Of a stretch of 64,000 nucleotides of DNA, positions 16,621-25,369 are shown piece by piece; position 1 is the first letter of the stretch, and every line of letters begins with the position of its first letter. The translations under genes and the position numbers were made by a program. The notes below the pieces were generated by a model that made no database searches, was not told where the DNA came from, and was given only the letters and a program-made list of their open reading frames with translations. The stretch is from a virus. The DNA is taken from positions 14,685 to 78,684 of IMG/VR virus record IMGVR_UViG_3300028007_000001. One strand, written 5' to 3'.

Positions 16621-17139
16621 CGCCACGCACCTAACCTGACTTTCGGATTCGGGCGCCTACGGGCGCCCGTTTCCATTGCATGGGCACGAATCCGAATTCG
16701 GATATTGGGATATAGACCTATGTGAAGTTTCCGAATATCCGAAAAGGAAAGCAGGTCGTCGTTTTTTGAGGTTGCGGTTGGAGGCTCAGGTAACCATACA
16801 GAGTTCGTTCAACATAAGTAGAATGTTTCTCTTTCCTATATAGAGGTATGTGATTCGTGATGCGTGGTTCGTGATGCGTGAACCAAGGAGGGGCCGAGGC
16901 GCAGATACATACAATATGATTCCAATATACATGTATCGGAAAGTTTCTGAAAAACGGCGAGCACTGCGTGCTGAGAGAAGTCTTCGTCCAGCAACGGGGG
17001 ACGTTCTTCCGGCTCGTTTTCCTGGCTCGTTCGAACGTCCGTCTGGTGAGGGGTACTGCGATCGGATTTCTTGTCGGGGGTCGGCTCCGGTGTCGTATCA
17101 ATAGACGTGAGCCAAATGCGGACTGACAAGGAGAGCGGG

Positions 17140-17250
17140 ATGGACGGGAAAGAGTTCGGTACGGCGGTGTCGGCGTTGATGATCTTCTGTGCCGTGGCGG
17201 GTGCGTTGATCGGCGCTGGGACCGTGGTCGTCGTGTGGATGGCGATGTGA
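17140..17250 (+). CDS. small membrane protein (36 aa)
   Basis: Manual translation MDGKEFGTAVSALMIFCAVAGALIGAGTVVVVWMAM; GGAG RBS. Confidence 0.5.
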   Translation: MDGKEFGTAVSALMIFCAVAGALIGAGTVVVVWMAM

Positions 17251-17414
17251 TGAACGGCGTGGTGCGGTTTCTGCTGACGTTGGCAGCCATGACGGCCATC
17301 GACTACGGGATGTTCGGCCTGGAGCCGACTGTGGGGCGTCTGCGCCGGTACTGCGCCGTGGGAGGCATTCTCTGCCTCGCCATCGTGATCTCGTCTGAGT
17401 ACGGGTCTTCGTGA
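17250..17414 (+). CDS. small membrane protein (54 aa)
   Basis: Manual translation, two hydrophobic stretches, overlapping starts/stops. Confidence 0.45.
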   Translation: MNGVVRFLLTLAAMTAIDYGMFGLEPTVGRLRRYCAVGGILCLAIVISSEYGSS

Positions 17415-17776
17415 TGGCGAGGGCAATTCTGCTGTCGCCCCCGGAACGCTTCTTGCTCGATCAGTGGGCACGAACTCTCAGGGAGACCTTTGGGCAGCCG
17501 TATCTGGTCGGGTCTGTCGTGCGTACTCAAACCGAACGCAGGTATCGGGATGTGGACGTTCGGATTCTTCTGGAACGAGAGGCATGGCTGTCTCTGGTGT
17601 GGTGTGTCGACACTCTGAACGCTGCCATCTCCATCTGGGGTCAGAAGGCAACGGGACTGCCGATCGACTTCCAGTTCCAGAGGGCGATCAGGGCGCCCAA
17701 CGGGATTCGCATTCCTATCGGAATCATTCCTGACCGAAGAGAAGAAAGGGAGTCGGATGCCGAACTACAAGAGTGA
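17411..17776 (+). CDS. minimal nucleotidyltransferase (Pol-beta superfamily)
   Basis: PYLVGSV...RDVDVRILL (GS..DxD) and LPIDFQF third acidic residue. Confidence 0.75.
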   Translation: MMARAILLSPPERFLLDQWARTLRETFGQPYLVGSVVRTQTERRYRDVDVRILLEREAWLSLVWCVDTLNAAISIWGQKATGLPIDFQFQRAIRAPNGIRIPIGIIPDRREERESDAELQE

Positions 17777-18014
17777 TCTGGTCATGGGGGAAAAGTACCG
17801 TGACGCAACGACCGGACTGGAGGGCACTCTCGTCTCCGTCCACTTCTACGAGCACGCCTGCGAGCGAGCCACGCTTCGGTGGGTCAACGGGAATCGGGAA
17901 GTGGTCGAAGCGTCCTTCGATGCTCCCGAACTGATTCGGATCGAGACGGGTCGTGCGGCCCGTACGTCGAGGCCGGGTGGCCCTCGACGTTCCGAAGGCG
18001 GAAGGAACCAATGA
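17757..18014 (+). CDS. hypothetical protein
   Basis: AGGGAG RBS; GEKYRDATTGLEG SH3-like pattern. Confidence 0.65.
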   Translation: MPNYKSDLVMGEKYRDATTGLEGTLVSVHFYEHACERATLRWVNGNREVVEASFDAPELIRIETGRAARTSRPGGPRRSEGGRNQ

Positions 18015-18205
18015 GACTCTGCGAGAACTGCCTCATGTTCGGGGACGTACGAGAGACCCCGGTCGGGTACGCCAGCGGGTCACAGCGTGATCCTGTGCAG
18101 GCGAGGCTGGAACTGTGCGTGACCTGCCGAGACGCTCTGGTTTCGGGAGAACTCGGAACGTTTTCAGGAAGGTACACGTCAGAGCGCAACATCAAGCGCC
18201 CCTGA
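18011..18205 (+). CDS. small Zn-finger protein
   Basis: CENC...CVTC. Confidence 0.6.
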   Translation: MRLCENCLMFGDVRETPVGYASGSQRDPVQARLELCVTCRDALVSGELGTFSGRYTSERNIKRP

Positions 18206-18220
18206 TCGAAAGGAAGAGCC

Positions 18221-18427
18221 ATGCCCACGTCGAACACGCTCTTGGACGGAGAGAGCGTCTTGAGGGTCGAGTTGCAGCGGCTTCGGACTACTTACTCCAC
18301 GATCGTTCAGGAGATCGACTCTGTGAAGAGTGAGTTCGTGCGCCTCCAAGAGCAGAAGGGCGTGCTGGAGTCGAGCATCGCCAACTTGGAGCGTGATATC
18401 GAGCGTCTCAAGGAACAATCGCAATGA
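18221..18427 (+). CDS. small coiled-coil protein
   Basis: Heptad Leu pattern. Confidence 0.65.
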   Translation: MPTSNTLLDGESVLRVELQRLRTTYSTIVQEIDSVKSEFVRLQEQKGVLESSIANLERDIERLKEQSQ

Positions 18428-18573
18428 TTCTGGTGGGGGTGTGCCTCGGGGTGTCGACGTTGTGTGCTGTCGCCGCCATCTTCTACTTCTTCGATGGCGA
18501 CAAGGGATCTGCCATGATCTCGTCGTACGTGGGTGCGTCGTGGCTCATGGTGGCGCTGGGAGTGAAGCGATGA
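18424..18573 (+). CDS. small membrane protein (49 aa)
   Basis: Manual translation, two TM segments. Confidence 0.5.
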   Translation: MILVGVCLGVSTLCAVAAIFYFFDGDKGSAMISSYVGASWLMVALGVKR

Positions 18574-19019
18574 CGATGAACGGAAGTCTTCTGAAGCCGG
18601 AACTGGTGATGGTCTCGATGGGGCCTCTGCATCTCATGGCGGCGACCAACTCCACCTTTGGCGAGATGCTCCCCCAGGGAGACTGGCTTCGCCTCGACGT
18701 GAACACCGGAGTCCACCATCTTCCGCAGATGTACCGGGAGACGGAAGTGGTTCCGTTCGACACTGTGCGTCTGGAAGACCACGGCTTCTGCCACGAATGC
18801 AGCGGGTTCGGGCTGACGAGGCTCTTCGCCATGTTCACCGTCGACACCGCCCTCGACGGCCAGCACGGCACTGTCTGCACCACGTGCAACGGCACCGGGC
18901 GCCCCGGAGTCAGGATCGAGACGGTTCGGTTCGGGGGCAAGACCGAAATCCGAATGAAGTGGAAGGAGCGCCTGAAGGTGCTCCCCTGCCATGACTGCGC
19001 CTCGTCGTTCGGCGGCTGA
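18570..19019 (+). CDS. hypothetical protein with DnaJ-like CxxCxGxG motifs
   Basis: CHECSGFG, CTTCNGTG. Confidence 0.6.
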   Translation: MTMNGSLLKPELVMVSMGPLHLMAATNSTFGEMLPQGDWLRLDVNTGVHHLPQMYRETEVVPFDTVRLEDHGFCHECSGFGLTRLFAMFTVDTALDGQHGTVCTTCNGTGRPGVRIETVRFGGKTEIRMKWKERLKVLPCHDCASSFGG

Positions 19020-19311
19020 CGTGGACTGGCTCGACCAGGCCGTCTGCAAGGGCAGAACGAGACTCTTCTTTGCGCCTCCTGGCGAGGGCACGGTGATGAA
19101 GCGTCTCCGTGAAGACGCCGCTCGGAAAGTTTGCCAAACGTGTCCGGTGATGTTGACGTGCCGACAGCACGCACGAGACCACCAGGAGTACGGCTTCTGG
19201 GGAGGCGAGTCTGAGGACGAGCGGGCGCTGAACGGCTACCTGTCTTGGCAGGCGTTCACAGGCACGAAGCGTCGGAAGATGAAGAAGATCCTCCAAGGAG
19301 CCGAATCGTGA
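18991..19311 (+). CDS. whiB: WhiB-family Fe-S transcription factor
   Basis: WLDQAVC...LFF...ARKVCQTCPVMLTC...GFWGG. Confidence 0.92.
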   Translation: MTAPRRSAADVDWLDQAVCKGRTRLFFAPPGEGTVMKRLREDAARKVCQTCPVMLTCRQHARDHQEYGFWGGESEDERALNGYLSWQAFTGTKRRKMKKILQGAES

Positions 19312-19835
19312 GCGGAGAGACAACCCTGGTTGTGGCATACCTATGTATGTTGGTGATTCTTCCCATAGCCGGGTATGCAGTGGCGGTGTACCGCAGGAGA
19401 AAGTTTCGAAAGAAGATCCTCTCCGCAGGACGGATGATCGTCAACTCTGGACTGAGGCTTGCCTTTGCTGGTATCGGCGCCGCTGCCATCAAGGCGGCTC
19501 AGGAATTCGAAGAGGCTCTTGTGCGAGTCAGTAGGGAGTTGAGCGCCAAGCCCAGAGTCTTTCTGATTGCGTGCAACCACTTTGAGTTCTACGCCTGGTG
19601 CAGACATGTGGATCTCAACCCCAACGATGTGACGTGCCTGATCACGATGGAGCACGCCTTCCGGTACCAGTTCACACACATGGACGAGTTTTGGGAAACG
19701 CACCGGGCGTGGTTCCACAACCCCGACTACCACGACATCGTTGACAGAATCCGAATGTTCTCTCCTGACGCCAAGATCCATCGAAGGTTGGACGAGCGTG
19801 TCGAGGTCGAGGGTCCGCTGAAGGAGTTGTGGTGA
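19308..19835 (+). CDS. membrane-anchored hypothetical protein
   Basis: N-terminal TM followed by basic RRRKFRKK; GGAG RBS. Confidence 0.6.
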   Translation: MSGETTLVVAYLCMLVILPIAGYAVAVYRRRKFRKKILSAGRMIVNSGLRLAFAGIGAAAIKAAQEFEEALVRVSRELSAKPRVFLIACNHFEFYAWCRHVDLNPNDVTCLITMEHAFRYQFTHMDEFWETHRAWFHNPDYHDIVDRIRMFSPDAKIHRRLDERVEVEGPLKELW

Positions 19836-20026
19836 ACGACGACGAGAGAGTGACCATCACGCTTTCTGTTCATCCGGGCGACATCCCCCGGATGAAGAAG
19901 TCGCTGGAGGCGTCAGCCCAAAAGGCGTTCGTCTACTACGCCAAGGGTCAGAAGCAGCGGTGGCTGAGCATCGCTACTCGATTCACCGACTACGTTCGTC
20001 AACTTTCCGATCAGGAGAGGTCGTGA
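19829..20026 (+). CDS. small hypothetical protein
   Basis: Operon continuity, RBS. Confidence 0.55.
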   Translation: MVNDDERVTITLSVHPGDIPRMKKSLEASAQKAFVYYAKGQKQRWLSIATRFTDYVRQLSDQERS

Positions 20027-20190
20027 AGGAAATCATTCTGAAGTGGGCTGAGGCCATCGTCCGGAAGTTCAAGCCTCGTTCTGGCGAGGCGTGGACGTGT
20101 CCTCGATGCCGACACAACATCTCAGCGAAGGCCAACTATTGCCCGATTGACGGGACGAAGCGCCAGGAGAAGACGAATGACCAAGTGTGA
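20023..20190 (+). CDS. small zinc-ribbon protein
   Basis: WTCPRC...NYCPIDG. Confidence 0.6.
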   Translation: MKEIILKWAEAIVRKFKPRSGEAWTCPRCRHNISAKANYCPIDGTKRQEKTNDQV

Positions 20191-20320
20191 GAACTGCCTC
20201 CACCCAGAGGCGCTGCACGACAAGGACGGCAAGTGCCTCGTCCTCCGAGACTCCTACTCTCGGAAACTTTGCGTTTGCATCGGCCTCAAGGTCGGCGCCC
20301 CCACCGGGAGGTCGACGTGA
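20177..20320 (+). CDS. small Cys/His protein (47 aa)
   Basis: Manual translation MTKCENCLHPEALHDKDGKC...CVC. Confidence 0.55.
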   Translation: MTKCENCLHPEALHDKDGKCLVLRDSYSRKLCVCIGLKVGAPTGRST

Positions 20321-20589
20321 GTCTGTTCGGGAGGCAGTTCGCTCGCAGGGTCGAGCAGCACACAGAACATGCGAGAGAGCGGTTCCCAGACAGCATCCAC
20401 GAAGACCTTGCTCAGTGGATCTCGGCAATCACAGAGGAAGTTGGGAAACTCGCCAGAGCAAACAACAAACTTCTGATCGCCCGAGACTTGGGAGTTCGTC
20501 AGCAGTGGACTGAAGAGGTTCGGCATCGCTGCCTTACCATTGCGTCCCTCGTCCGGAGACTCGCAGAACATGCGTCTCGGGTCGACTAA
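20317..20589 (+). CDS. MazG-like (all-alpha NTP pyrophosphohydrolase fold) protein
   Basis: WISAITEEVGKLARA...EEVRHRCLTIASLV pattern. Confidence 0.55.
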   Translation: MSLFGRQFARRVEQHTEHARERFPDSIHEDLAQWISAITEEVGKLARANNKLLIARDLGVRQQWTEEVRHRCLTIASLVRRLAEHASRVD

Positions 20590-20600
20590 CATAGGGAGGT

Positions 20601-21122
20601 ATGTCAGACGAAGAGATCTGGCAATACAGAGGGCTGGTCTACGCAGTAGCCCGCAAGATCATTGCCAGCCATCGAGCGAACGTCGACTTCGATGATCTTC
20701 TCGATGAAGGGCAAGTGCTGCTGCTTGAGGTTGGGCGAAGGTGGGATCCCGACAGGGGGATCGACTTCACTCCGTACGTGATCTACCACCTTCGGTTCCG
20801 GATGATCGACTACATCCGAACCTTGACGGGCCGCAATAGAGAAAAGTTCCACTTGAGGCGCCCGAAGGCCACAGACCCTCACTACTACAAGTTCGAAAGA
20901 CTCCGGTTCGAAGAGGGAGGCTTCTCTGAGATCGAAGAGAAGGACTTCGTTCGGAGTCTTTTCGAAAATCCCATCTTCGACCACCAAGAGCGCCACGTGA
21001 TGCACTTGTTCATGGAGGGCATGAACCACCGGAGGGTGGGAGAGGCTCTGGGGGTATCGGAGTCGAGAGTCTCTCAGATCTTGAAGTCGATCAGACAGAA
21101 AGTTTCCTATATCCAGGCGTAG
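20601..21122 (+). CDS. RNA polymerase sigma factor (sigma70 family, regions 2 and 4)
   Basis: DFDDLLDEGQVLLL...WDPDRGIDFTPYV..RMID; EGMNHRRVGEALGVSESRVSQI. Confidence 0.88.
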   Translation: MSDEEIWQYRGLVYAVARKIIASHRANVDFDDLLDEGQVLLLEVGRRWDPDRGIDFTPYVIYHLRFRMIDYIRTLTGRNREKFHLRRPKATDPHYYKFERLRFEEGGFSEIEEKDFVRSLFENPIFDHQERHVMHLFMEGMNHRRVGEALGVSESRVSQILKSIRQKVSYIQA

Positions 21123-21140
21123 ATTCCAAGGAGAACGAAC

Positions 21141-21932
21141 ATGCCTGACATCGAGTTCCTGCTTCACCCGCATTGGTCCGGAGTGGCTCCCGAGCCTGAG
21201 CCAGCGGCCAAGTACCTCCCGTCTTGGTACCGGGAACTTGAGATGGAGTTCATGTCTGTCAACGCAGACGGCGCTCCCATGCCTGACCGCACACTGAGGC
21301 GCTGTATGCCGTTCCTCGACGCTATGCAGATGGGATACGTGCTCAGACTCCCGTCGAGGGTCTACGTCCAGGCGACCGACAACACCGTCCAGTTCTCCTG
21401 GGGTTCCATTCGATGGGGTTTGGTCGACAAGCACGACGATCGCCAGTTCGAAGGATCCAACTGGGGAGATTTCGGAATCTTCAAGTGGGTCCAGCCTTGG
21501 TTCGTCAAGACTCCGCCTGGCTACTCAGTGGCCTTCCTGCCTTTGCTGAACCGCCATCCTTACGACGCTCTCTACTACCCCGGCGCTCAGTCGGACTCGG
21601 GGGAGATCTCCAAGACGGCGCTGTTCGAATGCCTCGCAGGAGTGGTGGAGACGGACACGTACCCGGCGATGGTGAACTTTCCGTTCCGGTGGTTGCGTCC
21701 GAACTGGTCCGGATGGATCAACCAGGGAGAGCCTCTGGTTCAGGTGTTCCCGTTCAGGCGTGAGGACTGGGGTATGTCGATCGGAGAGGCCACCCAAGAC
21801 GACTTGAAGGCCGACTACATGGTCTCGGTAGGCGCACAAGCCACCGAGAACTACTACAAGGGCCAGTTCAGGCGTCGGAAGTCTTGGAATCGTCGCTCTC
21901 CAGAGGGTTCTGATCAAGGATCGGACGTATAA
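21141..21932 (+). CDS. conserved phage protein with predicted dUTPase-like beta-fold
   Basis: PEPAAKYLPSWY, CMPFLDAMQMGY, KWVQPWFVKTPPGYS, GVVETD, GEPLVQVFPF; family recalled, not searched. Confidence 0.5.
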   Translation: MPDIEFLLHPHWSGVAPEPEPAAKYLPSWYRELEMEFMSVNADGAPMPDRTLRRCMPFLDAMQMGYVLRLPSRVYVQATDNTVQFSWGSIRWGLVDKHDDRQFEGSNWGDFGIFKWVQPWFVKTPPGYSVAFLPLLNRHPYDALYYPGAQSDSGEISKTALFECLAGVVETDTYPAMVNFPFRWLRPNWSGWINQGEPLVQVFPFRREDWGMSIGEATQDDLKADYMVSVGAQATENYYKGQFRRRKSWNRRSPEGSDQGSDV

Positions 21933-22211
21933 TCCGGAAAATTTCCGATTTTAGAGCGGGATTTCGGGAAAATTTCTGGTTTCAGAGGGGTTCTGTAGGG
22001 TCTGAGAGGGCCGCTATCGAGTCACTACCCCGTCGCTAGGGCGGTACTCGCTTACTTACTAGGGCGGTGCTCCCACTTTCACGATTCTGGGATGGCAAGC
22101 CTCTGACCTGCACCTTTGCGTCACTGGGCCTGTAAGAAGTCCCCAGAATCCGAAAAATCTTCCTGTGCTGAGCACTTGGCTGCGGTCACACAAGGTGGTA
22201 CCCTGTAACAC

Positions 22212-22466
22212 ATGCCAGACAGAAACCGAAACAACCGACACGTCAGCGTCCGAATGCCGGAAGACCTGTACGCCGCCATCAAGGAGGTAGCAGACGAGCA
22301 CAAAGTTTCTGTTGGTTGGGCGATCCGGAGTGCTCTAGAGAACGCCTTCATGGGTAACAACAGGCCACGAAGAACCGAAAGGCCAGCGAGTACCCGGATC
22401 ACCAACAGCGCAGATACCAGTGGCGCTGCAAACTTTCTGCAAGCGCATAACTCGGGAGGCATGTGA
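22212..22466 (+). CDS. ribbon-helix-helix (Arc/CopG) DNA-binding protein
   Basis: RHVSVRMPEDLYAAIKEVADEHKVSVGWAIRSALE. Confidence 0.85.
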   Translation: MPDRNRNNRHVSVRMPEDLYAAIKEVADEHKVSVGWAIRSALENAFMGNNRPRRTERPASTRITNSADTSGAANFLQAHNSGGM

Positions 22467-22657
22467 TGGCAGTGACAGAAGTTTCCGCTTCGGAGGTCAG
22501 CGTGGGAGACAAGATCGTCTTCCCGTCGTCTCGCACTCCGAAGGAGGTCGAGTCTGTCGTCATGTCGGACGACTCCACCGTCACTCTCGTATCGGACTCA
22601 GGACAGACACGGTGGAAGGTGCCCGCAGACTTCACCGTGAAGAAGGAGGAAGCGTGA
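22463..22657 (+). CDS. small beta-rich protein
   Basis: EVSASEVSVGDKIV motif. Confidence 0.6.
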   Translation: MMAVTEVSASEVSVGDKIVFPSSRTPKEVESVVMSDDSTVTLVSDSGQTRWKVPADFTVKKEEA

Positions 22658-22947
22658 CCACCAGCGACACTGACTTGATGGCGTGGGCCAGCGAGTGGGC
22701 CGACAAGTACGACCAGGGATGGGACGAACCCTCTCTGGAGAAGTTGACAGGCCAGACGGTCAGCGTCACCCATCCTGACAAGAGGCACGGCTACGAGATC
22801 AAGGTGGTGGGGTACGGCGCCATCACGATCCAGGTGGGCGAAAGCCCTGTGAAGCAATACTGCCTGGTCTCCGACGAGGGCCGGATGTACCCCATCATGG
22901 CTGGCGTCGAGATCGAAGTGGTTGCCAAGGAGGGCGACTCGGGTTAG
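22654..22947 (+). CDS. hypothetical protein
   Basis: AGGAGG RBS before GTG 22654. Confidence 0.6.
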   Translation: MTTSDTDLMAWASEWADKYDQGWDEPSLEKLTGQTVSVTHPDKRHGYEIKVVGYGAITIQVGESPVKQYCLVSDEGRMYPIMAGVEIEVVAKEGDSG

Positions 22948-23000
22948 AGTCGCCCTGCGTGTGCGACACCCCAAGTTGGCTGCTCGGGGAACGTGGCAGC

Positions 23001-23034
23001 GAGAAAGGCCCTGGCTTCGGTCGGGGCCTTTCTC
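23001..23034 (+). terminator. intrinsic terminator hairpin with UUCG loop
   Basis: GAGAAAGGCCC-TGGC-TTCG-GTCG-GGGCCTTTCTC. Confidence 0.85.
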
Positions 23035-23232
23035 ATTCCTATCCTCTCGGTGTGCGTACCATAGGTCTGTACGTACATAGGAGCGGTGCTGTGCGGTCTC
23101 CTGTCGAGAAGGTTCTCAGAGAACTTTGCGATTCGGTGGAAGAAAACGTTCCTCTCTCGGGTCGCAACGCCAAACTGGAAACTGCCATCGGCCAGGCCCG
23201 CAAGACGCTCTTGACTCTTCAGGAGGATCGGG

Positions 23233-23589
23233 ATGGCCGTACTGGCGATCAACAAACTGGAACTCGCCGGGGTTGACCCGGACGCCCTTCTGGTGGCAGC
23301 CGCCGCTGGAGGCGACACGGTTCCCAACCAGAACGATCGGGTCTTCGTTCTTGTCCGCAACGGCGGGGCTGGCCCCGTCACCGTGACGGTCAACGACGTG
23401 CGATCGAGCGGACCCGAAGGCGCTGCGGCCTTCAACCCGGACGTTCAGATCAGCGTCCCTGCTGGCGCCGACCGCTTCATCGGGGTCTTCGACCCCAACC
23501 GCTTCAACAACGACGTGGGCCACGTCGAGTTGACATACTCCGACGTGACCAGCGTGCAGGTCGCCGCTTTCGCTGCCACCCGTCGATAG
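23233..23589 (+). CDS. small beta-rich virion protein
   Basis: AGGAGG RBS; beta-sandwich-like sequence immediately before TerL. Confidence 0.6.
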   Translation: MAVLAINKLELAGVDPDALLVAAAAGGDTVPNQNDRVFVLVRNGGAGPVTVTVNDVRSSGPEGAAAFNPDVQISVPAGADRFIGVFDPNRFNNDVGHVELTYSDVTSVQVAAFAATRR

Positions 23590-23601
23590 AGAACCAGAGC
23601 C

Positions 23602-25335
23602 GTGCCGACCGCATCACGTGCTCAACAGCCCAGTGGACCGGATGCCTTCCTCAGAGCCGTCCGGTCTGCTGGGCGTTCTCTGAAGGATCGCTACCGTGAC
23701 GACCCAGTAGGTCTTGCAGAACGTTTGGGATTGAAACTCCCTCGCAAGCCGGTTCTCGTCATGGAAGAACTGGGGATCTACGACCCTGAGAAGCACGGAC
23801 CCATCACTCCAGGACTCCGTGAACTCGTAGAGGATGTATGCCTTCTCCGAGTCGAGTCTGCTGCCGCCGTAGCCAACCGAGGCGGCGGGAAGAGCCAGGG
23901 GGTCTCGTTCATCGAGTTCTTCCTCTGGATGCTCCGAGACTTCGACGCTCTGAACCTCGGTGGTTCGGAACTTCAGGCCGACAACGTTTACCAATACCTC
24001 CTTGGCTACCTCGACACCGACGCCGAGTGGCAGAGGCTCGTCAAGGGTGAGCCGATGAAGGAGAAGACGACCAGCGTCGAGCACGCATGGGTCCGAGTCC
24101 TCACCGCTTCTCAGAAGTCGGTTCGATCTCCCCACGCTGGAGGTTTCCGAAAGGGTAAGTGGCGTGGTGGCCTCCTTGTCATTGACGAGGAAGCAGAAAC
24201 CGAAAAAGACATCGTTGAGGCGGCTCTGCCGACCATCAACACGGCTACGCCTTCGGTCAACGTTCGGTGCTCCACCTTCCACAACATCGAGGGGTCGTTC
24301 GCAGACCTCGTACGAGACCACGTGGAGATGGGATACAAACTTTACCAATGGGACATCTTCGATGTCTGCGCTGGGTGCGAGTGTGGAGGCGGCGGTTGCG
24401 AGTCTCCAGAACCCTGCTTCCGTGAAGATCACTTCGAAGAGTACGTCGACCCGGACGACGGCGAGATCAAGAAGAGGCTTCTCCATCGTGCCTACTGCGG
24501 AGGCAGAGCGAAGTACGCCGAGGGATGGATCCCGATGGCGGAAATTGAGAAACTTTGGAAGAGGCTGAAGCGCAACCACGCCAAGTGGGAAGTCGAGGCG
24601 ATGGGGCAGCGGCCCTCAACCAAGGGCCATGTCATCAAGGACTTGAAGAAATTTTCCGAAAACATCACTCTCGACTCTGGCGATCAGTTGTACCTCCCTG
24701 GCGCCCCCATCTCGATCTGCGTCGACTGGGGGACTGCCGCTGCTGGAGTCGAGGTATGGCAGGAGCAGCCTGGAGACAAGCACGCCTTGATCTACTGCGA
24801 GCAGTTGGAAGAGGCGGGGCAGACAGAGATCATCGGCGAGATCGTCTCTCTCGCTAGTCGGTTCCGCAGAGAACTTTCGGAAATTGCAGCGGACATCGGT
24901 GGTGGTGGCAACTACCTCAACCCTCTTTTGCGTGACCACCACCGACTTCCGGTGCGTGACGTTGACTTCCAGACCGAGAAGGAAGCCGCCGTCGCCGCTT
25001 GGAACATTTTCAACGAGGCCGGGGCGACCCTCATTCCATCCGAGTTCCAACTGTTCAAAGAACAGGTCGAGAACTGGAAGAGGAAGAACGGCAGGATCGC
25101 CAAGGGCAACGACCACCTGTGCGACACCGCCGTCTGCTACTTCTCAAAGTTTGCAGAACGTCTAGGCACGAACCACCTGAGAGTTCCTGCTCGGTCCTTC
25201 TCTTCTGGAAGGTCTGCGCCGGAACAGCCTCGATCCCCGACTGACCTTCGTCAGCCGTCCCAGCCCATCTCTCGACTCCCTGTAAGGGCGTCGATCAGGA
25301 CTTTCGGAAACTCAAAGAAAAACCGGCGTCGCTAG
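23602..25335 (+). CDS. terL: terminase large subunit
   Basis: ANRGGGKS Walker A, LLVIDEE Walker B, ICVDWG and DHLCD nuclease motifs. Confidence 0.9.
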   Translation: MPTASRAQQPSGPDAFLRAVRSAGRSLKDRYRDDPVGLAERLGLKLPRKPVLVMEELGIYDPEKHGPITPGLRELVEDVCLLRVESAAAVANRGGGKSQGVSFIEFFLWMLRDFDALNLGGSELQADNVYQYLLGYLDTDAEWQRLVKGEPMKEKTTSVEHAWVRVLTASQKSVRSPHAGGFRKGKWRGGLLVIDEEAETEKDIVEAALPTINTATPSVNVRCSTFHNIEGSFADLVRDHVEMGYKLYQWDIFDVCAGCECGGGGCESPEPCFREDHFEEYVDPDDGEIKKRLLHRAYCGGRAKYAEGWIPMAEIEKLWKRLKRNHAKWEVEAMGQRPSTKGHVIKDLKKFSENITLDSGDQLYLPGAPISICVDWGTAAAGVEVWQEQPGDKHALIYCEQLEEAGQTEIIGEIVSLASRFRRELSEIAADIGGGGNYLNPLLRDHHRLPVRDVDFQTEKEAAVAAWNIFNEAGATLIPSEFQLFKEQVENWKRKNGRIAKGNDHLCDTAVCYFSKFAERLGTNHLRVPARSFSSGRSAPEQPRSPTDLRQPSQPISRLPVRASIRTFGNSKKNRRR

Positions 25336-25369
25336 CGTTACGTACGTACGTAGGTATGATGGAGGCACT

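Noticed and set aside
16718-17471. Minus-strand ORFs of 193 and 211 aa
   Set aside because: Low-complexity products opposite small plus-strand membrane genes and an AT-rich tract; no promoter or RBS support
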